A DNA stretch of 64,000 nt, from assembly GCA_041747555.1 (NCBI GenBank), contig JBGTEY010000007.1, positions 11,426 to 75,425 on the forward strand. Reading direction: 5' to 3'. The position numbers and the translations under genes were made by a program. Positions 1 through 9,299 of the stretch are shown here, piece by piece. Source of the DNA: Patescibacteria group bacterium. GTDB taxonomy: Bacteria > Patescibacteriota > Microgenomatia > UBA1400 > PJMF01. A model generated the notes under the pieces. That model searched no databases. It saw only the letters and a program-made list of their open reading frames with translations, and was not told where the DNA came from. How positions within the stretch are numbered: the first letter of the stretch is position 1; each line of letters begins with the position of its first letter.

Positions 1-1217
1 ACGGCATCTGAAAGAGACGTGATCTGATGACTTATGAGTGTGGGAGCCGTTTGCCCACTCCCTGGACTGGCAGTTGGTCCTGGAGTTGAGCCGAGCCCAT
101 CACAGAGGTCGTTGTGAGGGTTCTCGCTATTTCGACACCGCCCCACGTCCATTCGACAGTAATTTGAATTGCACTCACTATCCGAACTGCAAAGCTCATT
201 ACATGATTTTTTCTCTGGAGTGGCAGGATTCTCATCGGGGGAGTCATATTGGAATGTTTTGGTGACTTCAGAGTCAGCGGTGCTTGAGGGCGCAGTGATT
301 CTTGCAGCGGTCGTCCAATTAACCGAACTTGTGCCTGTGTATCCACCTGTTTCTAGTGTAAATTGAACAGTTTGACCTACAGTATTAGCAGGGACATTTG
401 AAATACTCCAAGTGATTGTGCGGTTTACCGTATCAATGACGGGAGTTGTGCCACCATATGCGGTGGATGCGGAGCCATTGACGTAGCTAACAACTTCAAC
501 AGAAGGTGTACCTTGACCAGAAATAGTGCCAAGACTCCATTCGGCCTGAACAGTGAGATTGGTTGAGTAGGCTAATTCTGAACCATAGGTAATTTCATAG
601 ACAACATCCTGATCTTGACTAAAGGTTGTCCCCGAGGTTAGAGCTGTAAGCTGTGCACTCAAGTCGTTCGTGTCAGCTGCTACAGTCGCAGTTACACCAA
701 TTTGATCAAACGAGACGACTGATACTTTTGGGGCAGCTGTATCTACAGTGCTTCCAAGTGATCTGGTGGCAAGGTACCATTGGTATCCCGTGCCACTTCC
801 TGCAGCAGGATTAGTGGTGATTCCGCCCGTAATATAAAAACCATAGAGTGTTCCTGGGGCAATATTTCCACCCGGAAAACTAACTGTAGATCCACTGACG
901 CCAGTGGCAGTAACTATGCCTGGATAGGCAGTTACTCCAGGCGGGAGAGATGCAGTTGAAACTGTGTAATTACTAGCAGTAGGGCTGATGTTCCAGGCTG
1001 AGCCGACTGTAACGTCGATACCATCCTCAACGGCAGTGCTAGTTGGGGTTACAAGTATTAAAATTGGTGTAGGAGTTTCACCTGATGCTTGTCTTTGAAG
1101 TCGTATAGCAGCACTAGTAAGGTCAGCTGCCATGATTGAACTTGCCAGACTAAAACTAGTGAGTAACAGTGCAAAAAAAACAACACAACCAAGCCAGATT
1201 TTTTCTGGGAATTTCAT
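1..1217 (-). CDS. Partial secreted surface protein; the N-terminal ~405 aa are in the window and the C-terminus lies beyond position 1. Thr/Ser/Gly-rich, with a repetitive beta-rich ectodomain.
   Basis: Manual translation of the minus strand from ATG at 1217-1215 gives MKFPEKIWLGCVVFFALLLTSFSLASSIMAADL, a signal peptide. The frame stays open to position 1. The ORF track omits it because there is no in-window stop. Composition is T/S/G/V-rich. Confidence 0.6.
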   Translation of the reverse strand, partial: MKFPEKIWLGCVVFFALLLTSFSLASSIMAADLTSAAIRLQRQASGETPTPILILVTPTSTAVEDGIDVTVGSAWNISPTASNYTVSTASLPPGVTAYPGIVTATGVSGSTVSFPGGNIAPGTLYGFYITGGITTNPAAGSGTGYQWYLATRSLGSTVDTAAPKVSVVSFDQIGVTATVAADTNDLSAQLTALTSGTTFSQDQDVVYEITYGSELAYSTNLTVQAEWSLGTISGQGTPSVEVVSYVNGSASTAYGGTTPVIDTVNRTITWSISNVPANTVGQTVQFTLETGGYTGTSSVNWTTAARITAPSSTADSEVTKTFQYDSPDENPATPEKKSCNELCSSDSECNSNYCRMDVGRCRNSENPHNDLCDGLGSTPGPTASPGSGQTAPTLISHQITSLSDA

Positions 1218-1338
1218 TACTCTATGATGACACAATACACACCCTCGCGTAAAGACACACCAGACATAAAAAAATCTTATAAAATGAGTATCTTTGGTGC
1301 TAGTAGATATGACACTCGACCTATGTATAATGGTGAAT

Positions 1339-2085
1339 ATGATGGCAAAAATTAAGAACGTAATAATGGGCGGCACAGGTGCTAGAGTACTCGTCGTAGT
1401 CATAGTATTACTATCACTTGCTACAGCAGGTTATTTTTACTGGCAGTATGAAAAAGAGCGGACCCAAAACCCATCGCATGAAATAGAAGAGGTGATCCAA
1501 CAAGTGGGCCGTCACATGGTTTTACCAGAAGGCACACCTGTATTAGCAACTGTCACCGACAAAGAAGCGCTTTCAGAGCAAGCCTTTTTCCAGAAAGCCG
1601 AAAATGGTGATAAGGTACTTATTTACCCTGATTCACAGCGTGTAATACTTTATCGTCCGAGTTTAGGAAAAATAATCGATGTCACTTCTGTCCGCACTCA
1701 GCAGACAGATACTGAAAACGACACAGGCACATCTGTATCTGTAGAATCAATTTCAAGCGGGAGTGAAACTGTCTCTGAACCTCAGGCAGAGGGTGATGCA
1801 GTGCGAATTGCAATTTATAATGGAACGTTGAGGTCTGGACTCACCAGACAGGTTCAAGATTTAGTTGAGGCGAGTATTTTTGATGTTTCAATTGTACGAC
1901 GAGAAAACGCAGCCAGGCAAGATTATACAGAAACACAAATTGTCAATCTTTCAGCCACAAATCAAGAGGCGCAATCATTAGCAGAATCACTCGGAGGAAC
2001 ACTGGGGAGTCTGCCAGAAGGTGAGTCACAACCCGAAGCTGATATTTTAATAATTGTTGGTAGCTCGTTTGGTTCAGGAGAATAA
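1339..2085 (+). CDS. LytR_C-domain membrane protein, with an N-terminal TM helix plus the C-terminal domain of the LytR/CpsA/Psr family
   Basis: N-terminal TM (VLVVVIVLLSLATAGYFYW). The C-terminus VRIAIYNGTLRSGLTRQVQDLVEASIFDVSIVRRENAARQDYTETQIV matches the LytR_C pattern. A TATAAT at 1326-1331 argues that the true start is ATG 1339/1342 rather than ORF-track 1294. Confidence 0.55.
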   Translation: MMAKIKNVIMGGTGARVLVVVIVLLSLATAGYFYWQYEKERTQNPSHEIEEVIQQVGRHMVLPEGTPVLATVTDKEALSEQAFFQKAENGDKVLIYPDSQRVILYRPSLGKIIDVTSVRTQQTDTENDTGTSVSVESISSGSETVSEPQAEGDAVRIAIYNGTLRSGLTRQVQDLVEASIFDVSIVRRENAARQDYTETQIVNLSATNQEAQSLAESLGGTLGSLPEGESQPEADILIIVGSSFGSGE

Positions 2086-2088
2086 GGT

Positions 2089-2454
2089 ATGACAAGCGCG
2101 AATAACACGCCTCAACATCGTGAATCTAAAACTGACGATTTTGTAACTGAAAAATCACAAGAACGCGATACATCAGGAAAACACCTGAAAGATTTGGAGC
2201 ACGCGCTCAGCACTTTGACAATGAGTGTTGATGCGCTTAGGAGGGATGTTGACCGACTCAATTCCTTCAGATTTGCATTTGGCACGTCTGTTTTGAGGGG
2301 TGTCGGGTATGCACTTGGTGCAACAGTGGTGGTCAGTTTGGTTGCAGCTGGTTTAGTGAGAACGGTAGAGTCAGTGGACTTTGTTCCTGTTGTACAAACT
2401 TTTTTTGATTCAGACTTTTTTCAGCAACTCCTTCTTGAGCTGAACCAACTGTAA
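2089..2454 (+). CDS. Hypothetical small membrane protein, with a coiled-coil N-terminus and a C-terminal TM helix
   Basis: ORF with GGAG 8 nt upstream. Hydrophobic segment VGYALGATVVVSLVAAGLV. Confidence 0.45.
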   Translation: MTSANNTPQHRESKTDDFVTEKSQERDTSGKHLKDLEHALSTLTMSVDALRRDVDRLNSFRFAFGTSVLRGVGYALGATVVVSLVAAGLVRTVESVDFVPVVQTFFDSDFFQQLLLELNQL

Positions 2455-2490
2455 TCTACCTTTAAGAATGCTGTGTGTACTGTCGCTGTA

Positions 2491-2519
2491 TTGAGCATAC
2501 GAACGCGTTGGCGTACAAT
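2491..2519 (+). promoter_or_regulatory. Sigma70-like promoter (TTGAGC-N17-TACAAT) firing into a convergent intergenic region. Candidate sRNA or antisense promoter.
   Basis: TTGAGC at 2491-2496, a 17-nt spacer, TACAAT at 2514-2519. There is no convincing CDS downstream, since the 76-aa ORF at 2475..2705 lacks an RBS. Confidence 0.3.
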
Positions 2520-2711
2520 GCTGTGGTAAGCATGGAGTACCCGCCACTACATCAATCGCCTATTCTGTATTTTCAGACATCGTCATTCAGAGCCGGAATT
2601 CAGTCACCCCCGCACTATCGATACTTCCATTCACCAGAATTACTTGAAAACCAGGAACAAGCAGCTAAAGAAGGTGAGCATTCAGAGGGTTTGTCAGTAG
2701 AGTGAGTATCC

Positions 2712-3191
2712 TCAAATTCGCTCGATAATCTCATCGAGTGATCCACCGAGCCATTTGGAGGAAATATTCATATTTTCGTCAAGAACTACGAAGGTATGTT
2801 GATTGACAATTTCATATTGCTGGACGAGTTCAGCTTCTGTGTCGTAATCAACTTTAAAAATTTTGACGTTCTCTGGAATTGAGTCCATTCTGGAAACAAT
2901 GTCTTTTTCGGCAGCGCGGCATGTTGAGCACCATTCAGCGTGGAAGAATAATACCGTTGTGTTGCCCATTGCTACGGATGATTCAACTTCGGACTGACTG
3001 TAATCTTGGAATGTGCCGGGGGTTTTAACTACTGACGGTGTGTCACTAACTGTGTCTAGTGGGGCCACAGGTGTCGTGTCAGCAGCGCTTGGCTCCTGAT
3101 TTTGTGAGGCCTGGGGTGTACACCCGGCGAGCAATACACTTGAGATTAGAGCAGTGGTAAAAAATAGTATTTTGTGGTGATAGTGTTTCAT
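2712..3191 (-). CDS. Thioredoxin-fold thiol-disulfide oxidoreductase lipoprotein (TlpA/ResA-like)
   Basis: Lipoprotein signal MKHYHHKILFFTTALISSVLLAGC. WCSTC active-site motif (WCxxC). Confidence 0.7.
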   Translation of the reverse strand: MKHYHHKILFFTTALISSVLLAGCTPQASQNQEPSAADTTPVAPLDTVSDTPSVVKTPGTFQDYSQSEVESSVAMGNTTVLFFHAEWCSTCRAAEKDIVSRMDSIPENVKIFKVDYDTEAELVQQYEIVNQHTFVVLDENMNISSKWLGGSLDEIIERI

Positions 3192-3205
3192 ATCGCAACT
3201 ATACC

Positions 3206-3958
3206 TTATTTTCTTGATAAAACCAAAAAACGAACCTTACCAAATGAGTCCTGCAACTGCGTTGCGGACCATTGAGCTGCGTGTTCGGTTCTCAAAATAT
3301 CATCGACCGTATGAATTTCATTAATTTCAAAAAAAAGTGTTGTATCCTGATGCGTGAACGGCATGACTGTAGTAAGGAGTTGGTGAAAGAGCTCTGTACC
3401 GTTTTGCCCCCCGTCGAGTGCTAGATGTGGCTCATGGTTACGCACAGAGTCAGGGAGCGTAGTCATTTCTGATGAAGTCACATATGGCAGATTGGCACTG
3501 ATAATATCAAAGGTTTCACCGGCTGGGATATTTTCAAGTACATTGCTATGAATGAATTGAATCGAATAGTCTTTAGATAGTAGTGCAGCTCTATTTTGAC
3601 GCGCTACATCAAGTGCAGCGGGCGAAATATCAGTGAGCATTACAGTAATCTGATGTGCAGGAAAGCGTCGAGCCACAGAAATGCCGATTGCCCCAGTTCC
3701 GGTACCGACATCAAGGAGTGAAGCTGGTTCAGTGCCAAATTTTTCTTCAATGTGGGTGCAGATATAATCGACGAGTTCTTCAGTTTCAATCCGTGGAATG
3801 AGCGTGTCCGGTGTGCACATAAATTCGCTGTCACAAAAGGTAACGCGCCCTGTAATGTACTCAACCGGCGTGGTATCAGCGTCATGAAACTTGGTTGGAT
3901 TAATGCCAGCTCGAGCGAGTTGGGTAAGTTCGTATGGTGAAAAGCGTCGCTGTGGCAT
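3206..3958 (-). CDS. prmC: HemK/PrmC-family class I SAM-dependent methyltransferase. Probably release-factor glutamine N5-methyltransferase.
   Basis: SAM motif LLDVGTGTGAIGIS. Catalytic FDIISANLPYV is an NPPY-like motif in the HemK position. 250 aa. Confidence 0.5.
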   Translation of the reverse strand: MPQRRFSPYELTQLARAGINPTKFHDADTTPVEYITGRVTFCDSEFMCTPDTLIPRIETEELVDYICTHIEEKFGTEPASLLDVGTGTGAIGISVARRFPAHQITVMLTDISPAALDVARQNRAALLSKDYSIQFIHSNVLENIPAGETFDIISANLPYVTSSEMTTLPDSVRNHEPHLALDGGQNGTELFHQLLTTVMPFTHQDTTLFFEINEIHTVDDILRTEHAAQWSATQLQDSFGKVRFLVLSRK

Positions 3959-4107
3959 ATGTGACTTATTCGTAGAGTTGACATTAGTGGTTGAGTGTTA
4001 AATACTACAACATGTAGTAATAAATACTCGATCACTGCATATTTTTTCCACGAGTGTGGATTTCTACAGACAAAGTATACAGCAACGGCGTACAATACGA
4101 ATCTATC

Positions 4108-4848
4108 ATGCCACAACTCATATTTGATGGCTCACAAGTTACCATACTCATCGCTTTCTTAGGCGGAATTTTGACGTTTTTTGCCTCGTGTCTTTTGCCG
4201 TTGGTACCTACATACCTGGCATATTTAAGCGGTGTACAGCTCAAAAGTGATTCGAAAGGTCGTAGGACTGTGTTTCGGGCTGCATTGTTTTTTGTGTTTG
4301 GGTTCATTTCTGTCTTCATCCTACTTGGCTTGGCAGCCTATCAATTTGCTGCGATTGTCGCTCCGTATCGAGAGATAGTGAGTCGAATGAGTGGGGTTCT
4401 TTTTATTGCAATGGGGCTCTTTATGCTCGGCGTGTTCAAGCACTTTGGTCAGACTGAGAGAAAATTACATCTGGAAAACTTATTTCAAAATCACGTCCAC
4501 ATCCATGCACTACTCACTGGTGTCGCATTTGGTTTTGGGTGGAGTCCTTGTATTGGGCCGGTATTAGCAGTCATTCTGTTTTGGTCGGCTGCACAAGAAA
4601 CTATGTTGATGGGCACGCTACTTTTACTCGTGTATGGTTTTGGTCTAGGTTTGCCATTTTTGTTAGCCGCGCTTGGTCTAGAAAAGGTTTTAAAAAAGAT
4701 TACACAGAACCCGTCAATTGCGCGAAATCTCAATCTTTTCTCAGCAGTATTGATTATCCTTGCAGGATTGGCATTGTTGACTGGAACACTCGACGCAATC
4801 AGCTTTTGGGTGTTATCACGCTTTAACCTGAGCGCACTAGCAGCATGA
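4108..4848 (+). CDS. ccdA: Cytochrome c-type biogenesis/thiol-disulfide transporter CcdA (DsbD transmembrane-domain family)
   Basis: Polytopic membrane protein with the two conserved Cys motifs FASCLLPLVPTYLAYLSG and GFGWSPCIGPVLAVIL. Start moved to ATG 4108, which follows a TACAAT at 4091-4096 and is near-leaderless. Confidence 0.75.
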   Translation: MPQLIFDGSQVTILIAFLGGILTFFASCLLPLVPTYLAYLSGVQLKSDSKGRRTVFRAALFFVFGFISVFILLGLAAYQFAAIVAPYREIVSRMSGVLFIAMGLFMLGVFKHFGQTERKLHLENLFQNHVHIHALLTGVAFGFGWSPCIGPVLAVILFWSAAQETMLMGTLLLLVYGFGLGLPFLLAALGLEKVLKKITQNPSIARNLNLFSAVLIILAGLALLTGTLDAISFWVLSRFNLSALAA

Positions 4849-4925
4849 GTGATGCCAGCGGTCTTATTTGCTCCGAGTGTGTTACAATTTCAGCATACAA
4901 ACGGTGTTTTTAGTAAGAAAAAAAT

Positions 4926-5357
4926 ATGTCTACGCTCCAATTAAAACTCCAAGATGATATGAAAACCGCACTGCGAGCACATGATTCTGTGCGGCTCGGT
5001 GTTATTCGATTCGCACTTTCTTTGATAAAAAATGCAGAAATCGATGGCGGCCCACAATCCGACGATCAAATAGTCTCACTCCTCTCAAAAGAAGTTAAAA
5101 AAATGTCTGAGGCTACCGAGCAGTTTGCGGTTGCGGGTCGAGATGAATTAGTGAAAGAAGAATTGGTTAAAATCGATATTCTCAAATCCTATCTCCCAGA
5201 AAAAATGGACGAATCAGAATTGAGAGCAATCGTAACCACCGTACGAGAAAGCATGCCTGATGCACAGATTGGTCAAATAATCGGTGCAGTAATGAAGCAA
5301 GTTGGCAGTAAAGCCGATGGTGGAATGGTATCTAAATTGGTACGAGAACTACTTTAA
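4926..5357 (+). CDS. yqeY: GatB/YqeY-domain protein
   Basis: 143 aa. Typical YqeY pattern: LKDDMKTALRAHD..RLGVIRFALSLIKNAEID ... QIGQIIGAVMKQVGSKADGGMVSKLVRELL. Confidence 0.8.
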   Translation: MSTLQLKLQDDMKTALRAHDSVRLGVIRFALSLIKNAEIDGGPQSDDQIVSLLSKEVKKMSEATEQFAVAGRDELVKEELVKIDILKSYLPEKMDESELRAIVTTVRESMPDAQIGQIIGAVMKQVGSKADGGMVSKLVRELL

Positions 5358-5363
5358 ATTCCC

Positions 5364-6008
5364 ATGCGCACAAAAAGTATCGGAGAGGTACTGAGGGAGG
5401 AACGGACATCGCATCGTTTTCCATTGGATAAACTTTCTAAACAAACGAGAATACGACTTGAATACCTCAAAGCACTCGAGAATAATCAGTTTGATTTACT
5501 ACCTGCCGCTACGTTTGTGAAGGGGTATATTAAGACCTATGCCAAAGTGTTTGGTTTTGATCACCAACCTGTTTTGGCATTGCTCAGACGTGATTATCGC
5601 GAAAGCGCCAAAGGCAAGCTTGTTCCTAGGGAGTTTATAAAACCCGTCCTTAAGCCACGAATGCGAAATCACCGGGTGACTGGGGTCGTAGTTGGCGCTG
5701 TATTCGTCTTTTTTACCTTGCTGGGGTATGTTGGTGTGCAGTGGTATCACTTGCAACAGCCTCCTTCGCTCTCAATATCTCTCCCAGAAGATCATGCAAC
5801 CGTTGCGGCGACAGTCCCCATTGTTGGCAGAACCACCCCAGAAGCGACCGTACACGTTAATCAAGAACCTGTTGCTATCCAGCCTGACGGTAGCTTTCAA
5901 ACTCAGATCAATATTCCGAAAGAAGGTATAGCATTTATTGAAGTCACTGCTGTTGATCGACGTGGGAAAGAAAATAGCATTATTCGCACGGTAACTGTCG
6001 AATTTTAA
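5364..6008 (+). CDS. RodZ-like protein with an N-terminal HTH (HTH_25), a TM helix and a C-terminal beta domain
   Basis: N-terminus SIGEVLREERTSHRFPLDKLSKQTRIRLEYLKALENNQFDLLPAATFVKGYIKTYAKVFGFD matches the RodZ HTH. A TM helix follows at VVVGAVFVFFTLLGYVGV. Confidence 0.6.
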   Translation: MRTKSIGEVLREERTSHRFPLDKLSKQTRIRLEYLKALENNQFDLLPAATFVKGYIKTYAKVFGFDHQPVLALLRRDYRESAKGKLVPREFIKPVLKPRMRNHRVTGVVVGAVFVFFTLLGYVGVQWYHLQQPPSLSISLPEDHATVAATVPIVGRTTPEATVHVNQEPVAIQPDGSFQTQINIPKEGIAFIEVTAVDRRGKENSIIRTVTVEF

Positions 6009-6092
6009 TCAAGCTCGAAGCTGCCAGCTGACAAGAGAGTCCAATCTGTAGTAGGATGGTGCTGAGCTGTACTTACTCAAAAAAAGGTTTTT

Positions 6093-6359
6093 ATGGAAAT
6101 TGTTCCCATTGTATTTTCGGTTGTGCTGGTGATTTTGGCTATTGTTTTAAGCGTGGTTGGAATTCAGGTAATTCTGGTGCTGATGGAAGTTCGAAAAACT
6201 CTAACTCGAGTAAATACGACTATTGATTTGGCAGAAATGAAGTTGCAATCAATAGTACAGCCTCTCCAAAGTTTAGGAGGAGCAGCTGCTGGACTCAAAA
6301 CTGGTCTAAAGGTATTCGAAACCTTCGTTACCTGGCTAAGACGCGATGAAAAAGAATAA
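6093..6359 (+). CDS. Small membrane protein (DUF948-like), overlapping the next gene
   Basis: 88 aa with an N-terminal TM helix then a coiled-coil. Overlaps the YtxH-like gene by 14 nt, as in the DUF948/YtxH pairs of Firmicutes. Confidence 0.35.
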   Translation: MEIVPIVFSVVLVILAIVLSVVGIQVILVLMEVRKTLTRVNTTIDLAEMKLQSIVQPLQSLGGAAAGLKTGLKVFETFVTWLRRDEKE

Positions 6360-6714
6360 TTCTACCGATGATTCAGGATCATTTTTCTCAGGACTGACAA
6401 TTGGCCTTTTTGCTGGGGCAGTCGGGTATTATCTGTTTGCGTCAGAAAAAGGGTCAAAATTGGTTAAAAAAGTCTCTTCAGAATGGGAAAAAGCTCAAAA
6501 AGAGTTTCCTGCAAAAGTTGAAGAGAGTGCTCCAGCCACAACCATTAAGACAGGAGTGCTGAGTTTTATACACGAATTGATTTCCAGTTTAGAGGATGCG
6601 AACGAGTCGCAAATTACTAGAAATAATTCAAACGACGACGATTCGCTAACTAATAGTGCATCCAAGCGAGTTCGAAAAAAATCTACGAAGTCCCAGTTTA
6701 AAAACACAAACTAA
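6346..6714 (+). CDS. YtxH-like small membrane protein
   Basis: FFSGLTIGLFAGAVGYYLFASEKGSKLVKKV matches the YtxH signature (G..G...G.LFAPKSG). Acidic, Ser-rich tail. Confidence 0.4.
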   Translation: MKKNNSTDDSGSFFSGLTIGLFAGAVGYYLFASEKGSKLVKKVSSEWEKAQKEFPAKVEESAPATTIKTGVLSFIHELISSLEDANESQITRNNSNDDDSLTNSASKRVRKKSTKSQFKNTN

Positions 6715-6757
6715 CTACTTCAGTTTTAATTTTTAACTTTAATACATCAAAAAAATG

Positions 6758-7360
6758 TTATTGTTGATCTAATTCTTGCTGAAATTGGCCAGCTTCTCGA
6801 CAATACTTACCTAATAGATCTGGATCCAAACCGAAAAATTGATTTTCTAAAGTAAGCTCACCTTCGGTGAGAGGAACTAGGCAGGTATAGGGATTAACAA
6901 TTGTTTCAATGACAGATTCAACATTCAGCGCGCAATACTCCGTGGTACCTGTGGACGACTGAACTGGTCGAATGCCATGAACTTCATATGTAGTAGTGGT
7001 ATTTGTGTCTGCGCCATTGAGCGTGTAGGTGCGAGGCTCGCACGTTTTGAAATCTAATACTAAGCTTTCCGCAACGTACTCATTATAGGGTTTATCTGGC
7101 TCGATTATTCCGAGTGGATTCTCTGGCCCAGGTGGATGTTCTTCATCGGGCAAGAAATCATTGCCAGGTATAAAAAGAATAACGCCGATGACCAGAAGCA
7201 CTATCAAAAGGCCGGTGAGTATTTGAGTGGTGCGATGTTTTTTAGGTGTTGAGGGTGAGGCATCAGTCATTGCTGCTTGAGTGCTTGCGACCTCATGGTG
7301 TTGCTGTTGTGTTTCTTGCATTTTTTCTTGGTCTTTGTGGTATGTCCCTATTTTACACAT
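6758..7360 (-). CDS. Hypothetical single-pass membrane protein, with a Pro-rich ectodomain
   Basis: ORF with TM ILTGLLIVLLVIGVILFI. Start uncertain; MQETQQQ at 7321 is possible. Confidence 0.4.
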   Translation of the reverse strand: MCKIGTYHKDQEKMQETQQQHHEVASTQAAMTDASPSTPKKHRTTQILTGLLIVLLVIGVILFIPGNDFLPDEEHPPGPENPLGIIEPDKPYNEYVAESLVLDFKTCEPRTYTLNGADTNTTTTYEVHGIRPVQSSTGTTEYCALNVESVIETIVNPYTCLVPLTEGELTLENQFFGLDPDLLGKYCREAGQFQQELDQQ

Positions 7361-7389
7361 TTGACACGCTGTATCACAAGGACTACAAT
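7361..7389 (+). promoter_or_regulatory. Consensus sigma70 promoter for alaS (TTGACA-N17-TACAAT), leaving an mRNA with almost no leader
   Basis: TTGACA 7361-7366, a 17-nt spacer, TACAAT 7384-7389. The ATG is at 7401 with no SD. Confidence 0.5.
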
Positions 7390-7400
7390 TCCCTCAAGAA

Positions 7401-9263
7401 ATGACCATAAATGATATTCGAAAATCCTATTTAGACTTTTTTGAGGCCCAAAGTCACGCAGTAGTGCCTTCTTCAAATATTGTTCCAGAAAATGACCCCA
7501 CGACATTATTTACCGGTTCTGGCATGCAACCAATGGTGCCGTACCTACTCGGTGAAACCCATCCAAAGGGTACGAGGATTGTCGATTCACAAAAATGTTT
7601 TCGGACGCAAGATATTGAAGAAGTCGGAGATAATCGACACACTACCTTTTTTGAAATGCTGGGAAATTGGTCATTAGGGGATTATTTTAAGAAAGATCAA
7701 CTTACTTGGCTTTTTACATTTCTGACAAGTGAACTTGGTCTTCCCGCAGAGCGATTGTATGCGACGGTGTTTAGTGGGAACAAATCCCTTGGAATTGATC
7801 AGGATGATGAATCGGTTGACATCTGGAAAAAGCTTTTCTCTGATGCAGGGGTGCGCGCAGAAGCCAAGAAACATGCAGAAGAAAAAGGCATGCAGGGAGG
7901 TCGAATTTTTTACTACGATGAAACCAAAAACTGGTGGTCCCGTGCGGGTGTGCCAGACAACATGCCGCCCGGTGAGCCAGGAGGTCCTGATAGTGAAGTT
8001 TTTTACGATTTTGGTGAGGATCGTGGATTTCACGAGCTTTCTGAATGGAAAGATCAGCCGTGTCACGTGAATTGTGATTGTGGACGGTTTATTGAAATTG
8101 GAAATTCTGTGTTTATGGAATTCCAAAAGCAAGAAGATGGGTCGTTTGAACCGCTAGCGCATAAGAATGTTGATTTTGGTGGTGGACTTGAGCGAATCGG
8201 TGCTGCTGTGCTTGATAATCCAGACGTGTTCAGGACCACAGGCTTCATGCCAATCATTCGATTTTTAGAAGAAAAAACAAAGAGAAGTTATGATGAAATA
8301 GAAGTCCAGCATAGTTTTCGGGTGATTGCAGATCATGTTCGTGCTGCAGTTATGATGGCATCCGACGGCGTACGTCCATCAAACAAAGAGCAAGGCTATT
8401 TTTTGAGACGGGTAATTCGTCGCGGTATTCGGTATGCAAAATTGGTCAATATAGATGAATCCATACTTTCTGACCTGGTTCCAATTGTGGCTAAGATCTA
8501 TGCGGACGTCTATCCAGAGGTTGCAGTAAACGCACAAGAGCTTGCAACCGTATTGAGCCAAGAAGAAGCAAAATTTTCCAAGGCTCTCGATAGAGGTTTA
8601 GCAGAAATTGAAAAACTCCCCAAAATTGACGGCGTCATGGCGTTTAAGCTCTATGAAACGTATGGATTTCCTTTTGAATTAACCCAAGAAATCGCAGCAG
8701 AGAGAGGTCAACCTCTAGAAAGAAGAGAATTTGATGACGCCAGAGCTGCTCATGCCAAGAAGTCGCGGACAGCATCTGCGGGTAGATTTAAAGGTGGTCT
8801 CCAAGACAGCAGTGAAATCACAACGCAGTATCACACCGCGACGCATCTCTTGCATGCCGCACTCAGAAAAGTACTAGGGGACCACGTGCAACAAAAGGGC
8901 TCTCATATCACTGCTGAACGGGCTCGATTTGATTTTTCACATGGCCAAGCACTTTCAGAAGATGAATTAAATGCCGTTGAAAGCCAAATTAATAAGTGGA
9001 TTGCAGCCGCGTTACCAATGACTGCACAAACTCTTCTCAAACAAACCGCACTCAAAGCAGGTGCACTTGCTTTTTTTGTTGAAAAGTACCCTGACGAAGT
9101 AACCGTGTACACAATTGGCAAGGATCCAGACACGGATTGGATCTCAAAAGAGCTTTGTGGCGGTCCGCATGTCGAGAACACAGGTGAAATACCACCTATT
9201 GAAGTATTCAAAGAACAAGCTAGCAGTAGCGGTGTTCGTCGTGTGTATCTCAGGGCTCGCTAA
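7401..9263 (+). CDS. alaS: Alanine--tRNA ligase, a short 620-aa form. It has the catalytic, tRNA-recognition and editing domains but no C-terminal C-Ala domain.
   Basis: N-terminus FFEAQSHAVVPSSNIVPENDPTTLFTGSGMQPMVPY ... FEMLGNWSLGDYFK is the class II AlaRS core. Editing-domain motifs HTATHLLHAALRKVLGDHVQQKGSHI and CGGPHVENTG are present. The protein ends about 30 aa after the editing Cys. Confidence 0.9.
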   Translation: MTINDIRKSYLDFFEAQSHAVVPSSNIVPENDPTTLFTGSGMQPMVPYLLGETHPKGTRIVDSQKCFRTQDIEEVGDNRHTTFFEMLGNWSLGDYFKKDQLTWLFTFLTSELGLPAERLYATVFSGNKSLGIDQDDESVDIWKKLFSDAGVRAEAKKHAEEKGMQGGRIFYYDETKNWWSRAGVPDNMPPGEPGGPDSEVFYDFGEDRGFHELSEWKDQPCHVNCDCGRFIEIGNSVFMEFQKQEDGSFEPLAHKNVDFGGGLERIGAAVLDNPDVFRTTGFMPIIRFLEEKTKRSYDEIEVQHSFRVIADHVRAAVMMASDGVRPSNKEQGYFLRRVIRRGIRYAKLVNIDESILSDLVPIVAKIYADVYPEVAVNAQELATVLSQEEAKFSKALDRGLAEIEKLPKIDGVMAFKLYETYGFPFELTQEIAAERGQPLERREFDDARAAHAKKSRTASAGRFKGGLQDSSEITTQYHTATHLLHAALRKVLGDHVQQKGSHITAERARFDFSHGQALSEDELNAVESQINKWIAAALPMTAQTLLKQTALKAGALAFFVEKYPDEVTVYTIGKDPDTDWISKELCGGPHVENTGEIPPIEVFKEQASSSGVRRVYLRAR

Positions 9264-9299
9264 AACGTCCTATTCTCATAACGCCTAGAGTTTGGTTAA

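Noticed and set aside
1294-1338. ORF-track start at 1294 for the LytR_C gene, and likewise the N-terminal extensions at 58013, 60887, 56546, 50964 and 49775
   Set aside because: The extensions run through promoter -10 elements, terminators or conserved structured leaders. They lack an RBS, while internal ATG codons have a good SD (GGAGG/AAGGAGG) and start right at signal peptides or TM helices.
2475-2705. 76-aa ORF in the convergent intergenic region
   Set aside because: No RBS, no homology pattern, and it sits between convergent genes. It is more likely non-coding; see the sRNA candidate.
3640-4116. 158-aa minus-strand ORF overlapping prmC and reaching ccdA
   Set aside because: It overlaps a well-supported methyltransferase gene in a different frame and has a Leu/His-rich nonsense composition. 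It is spurious.
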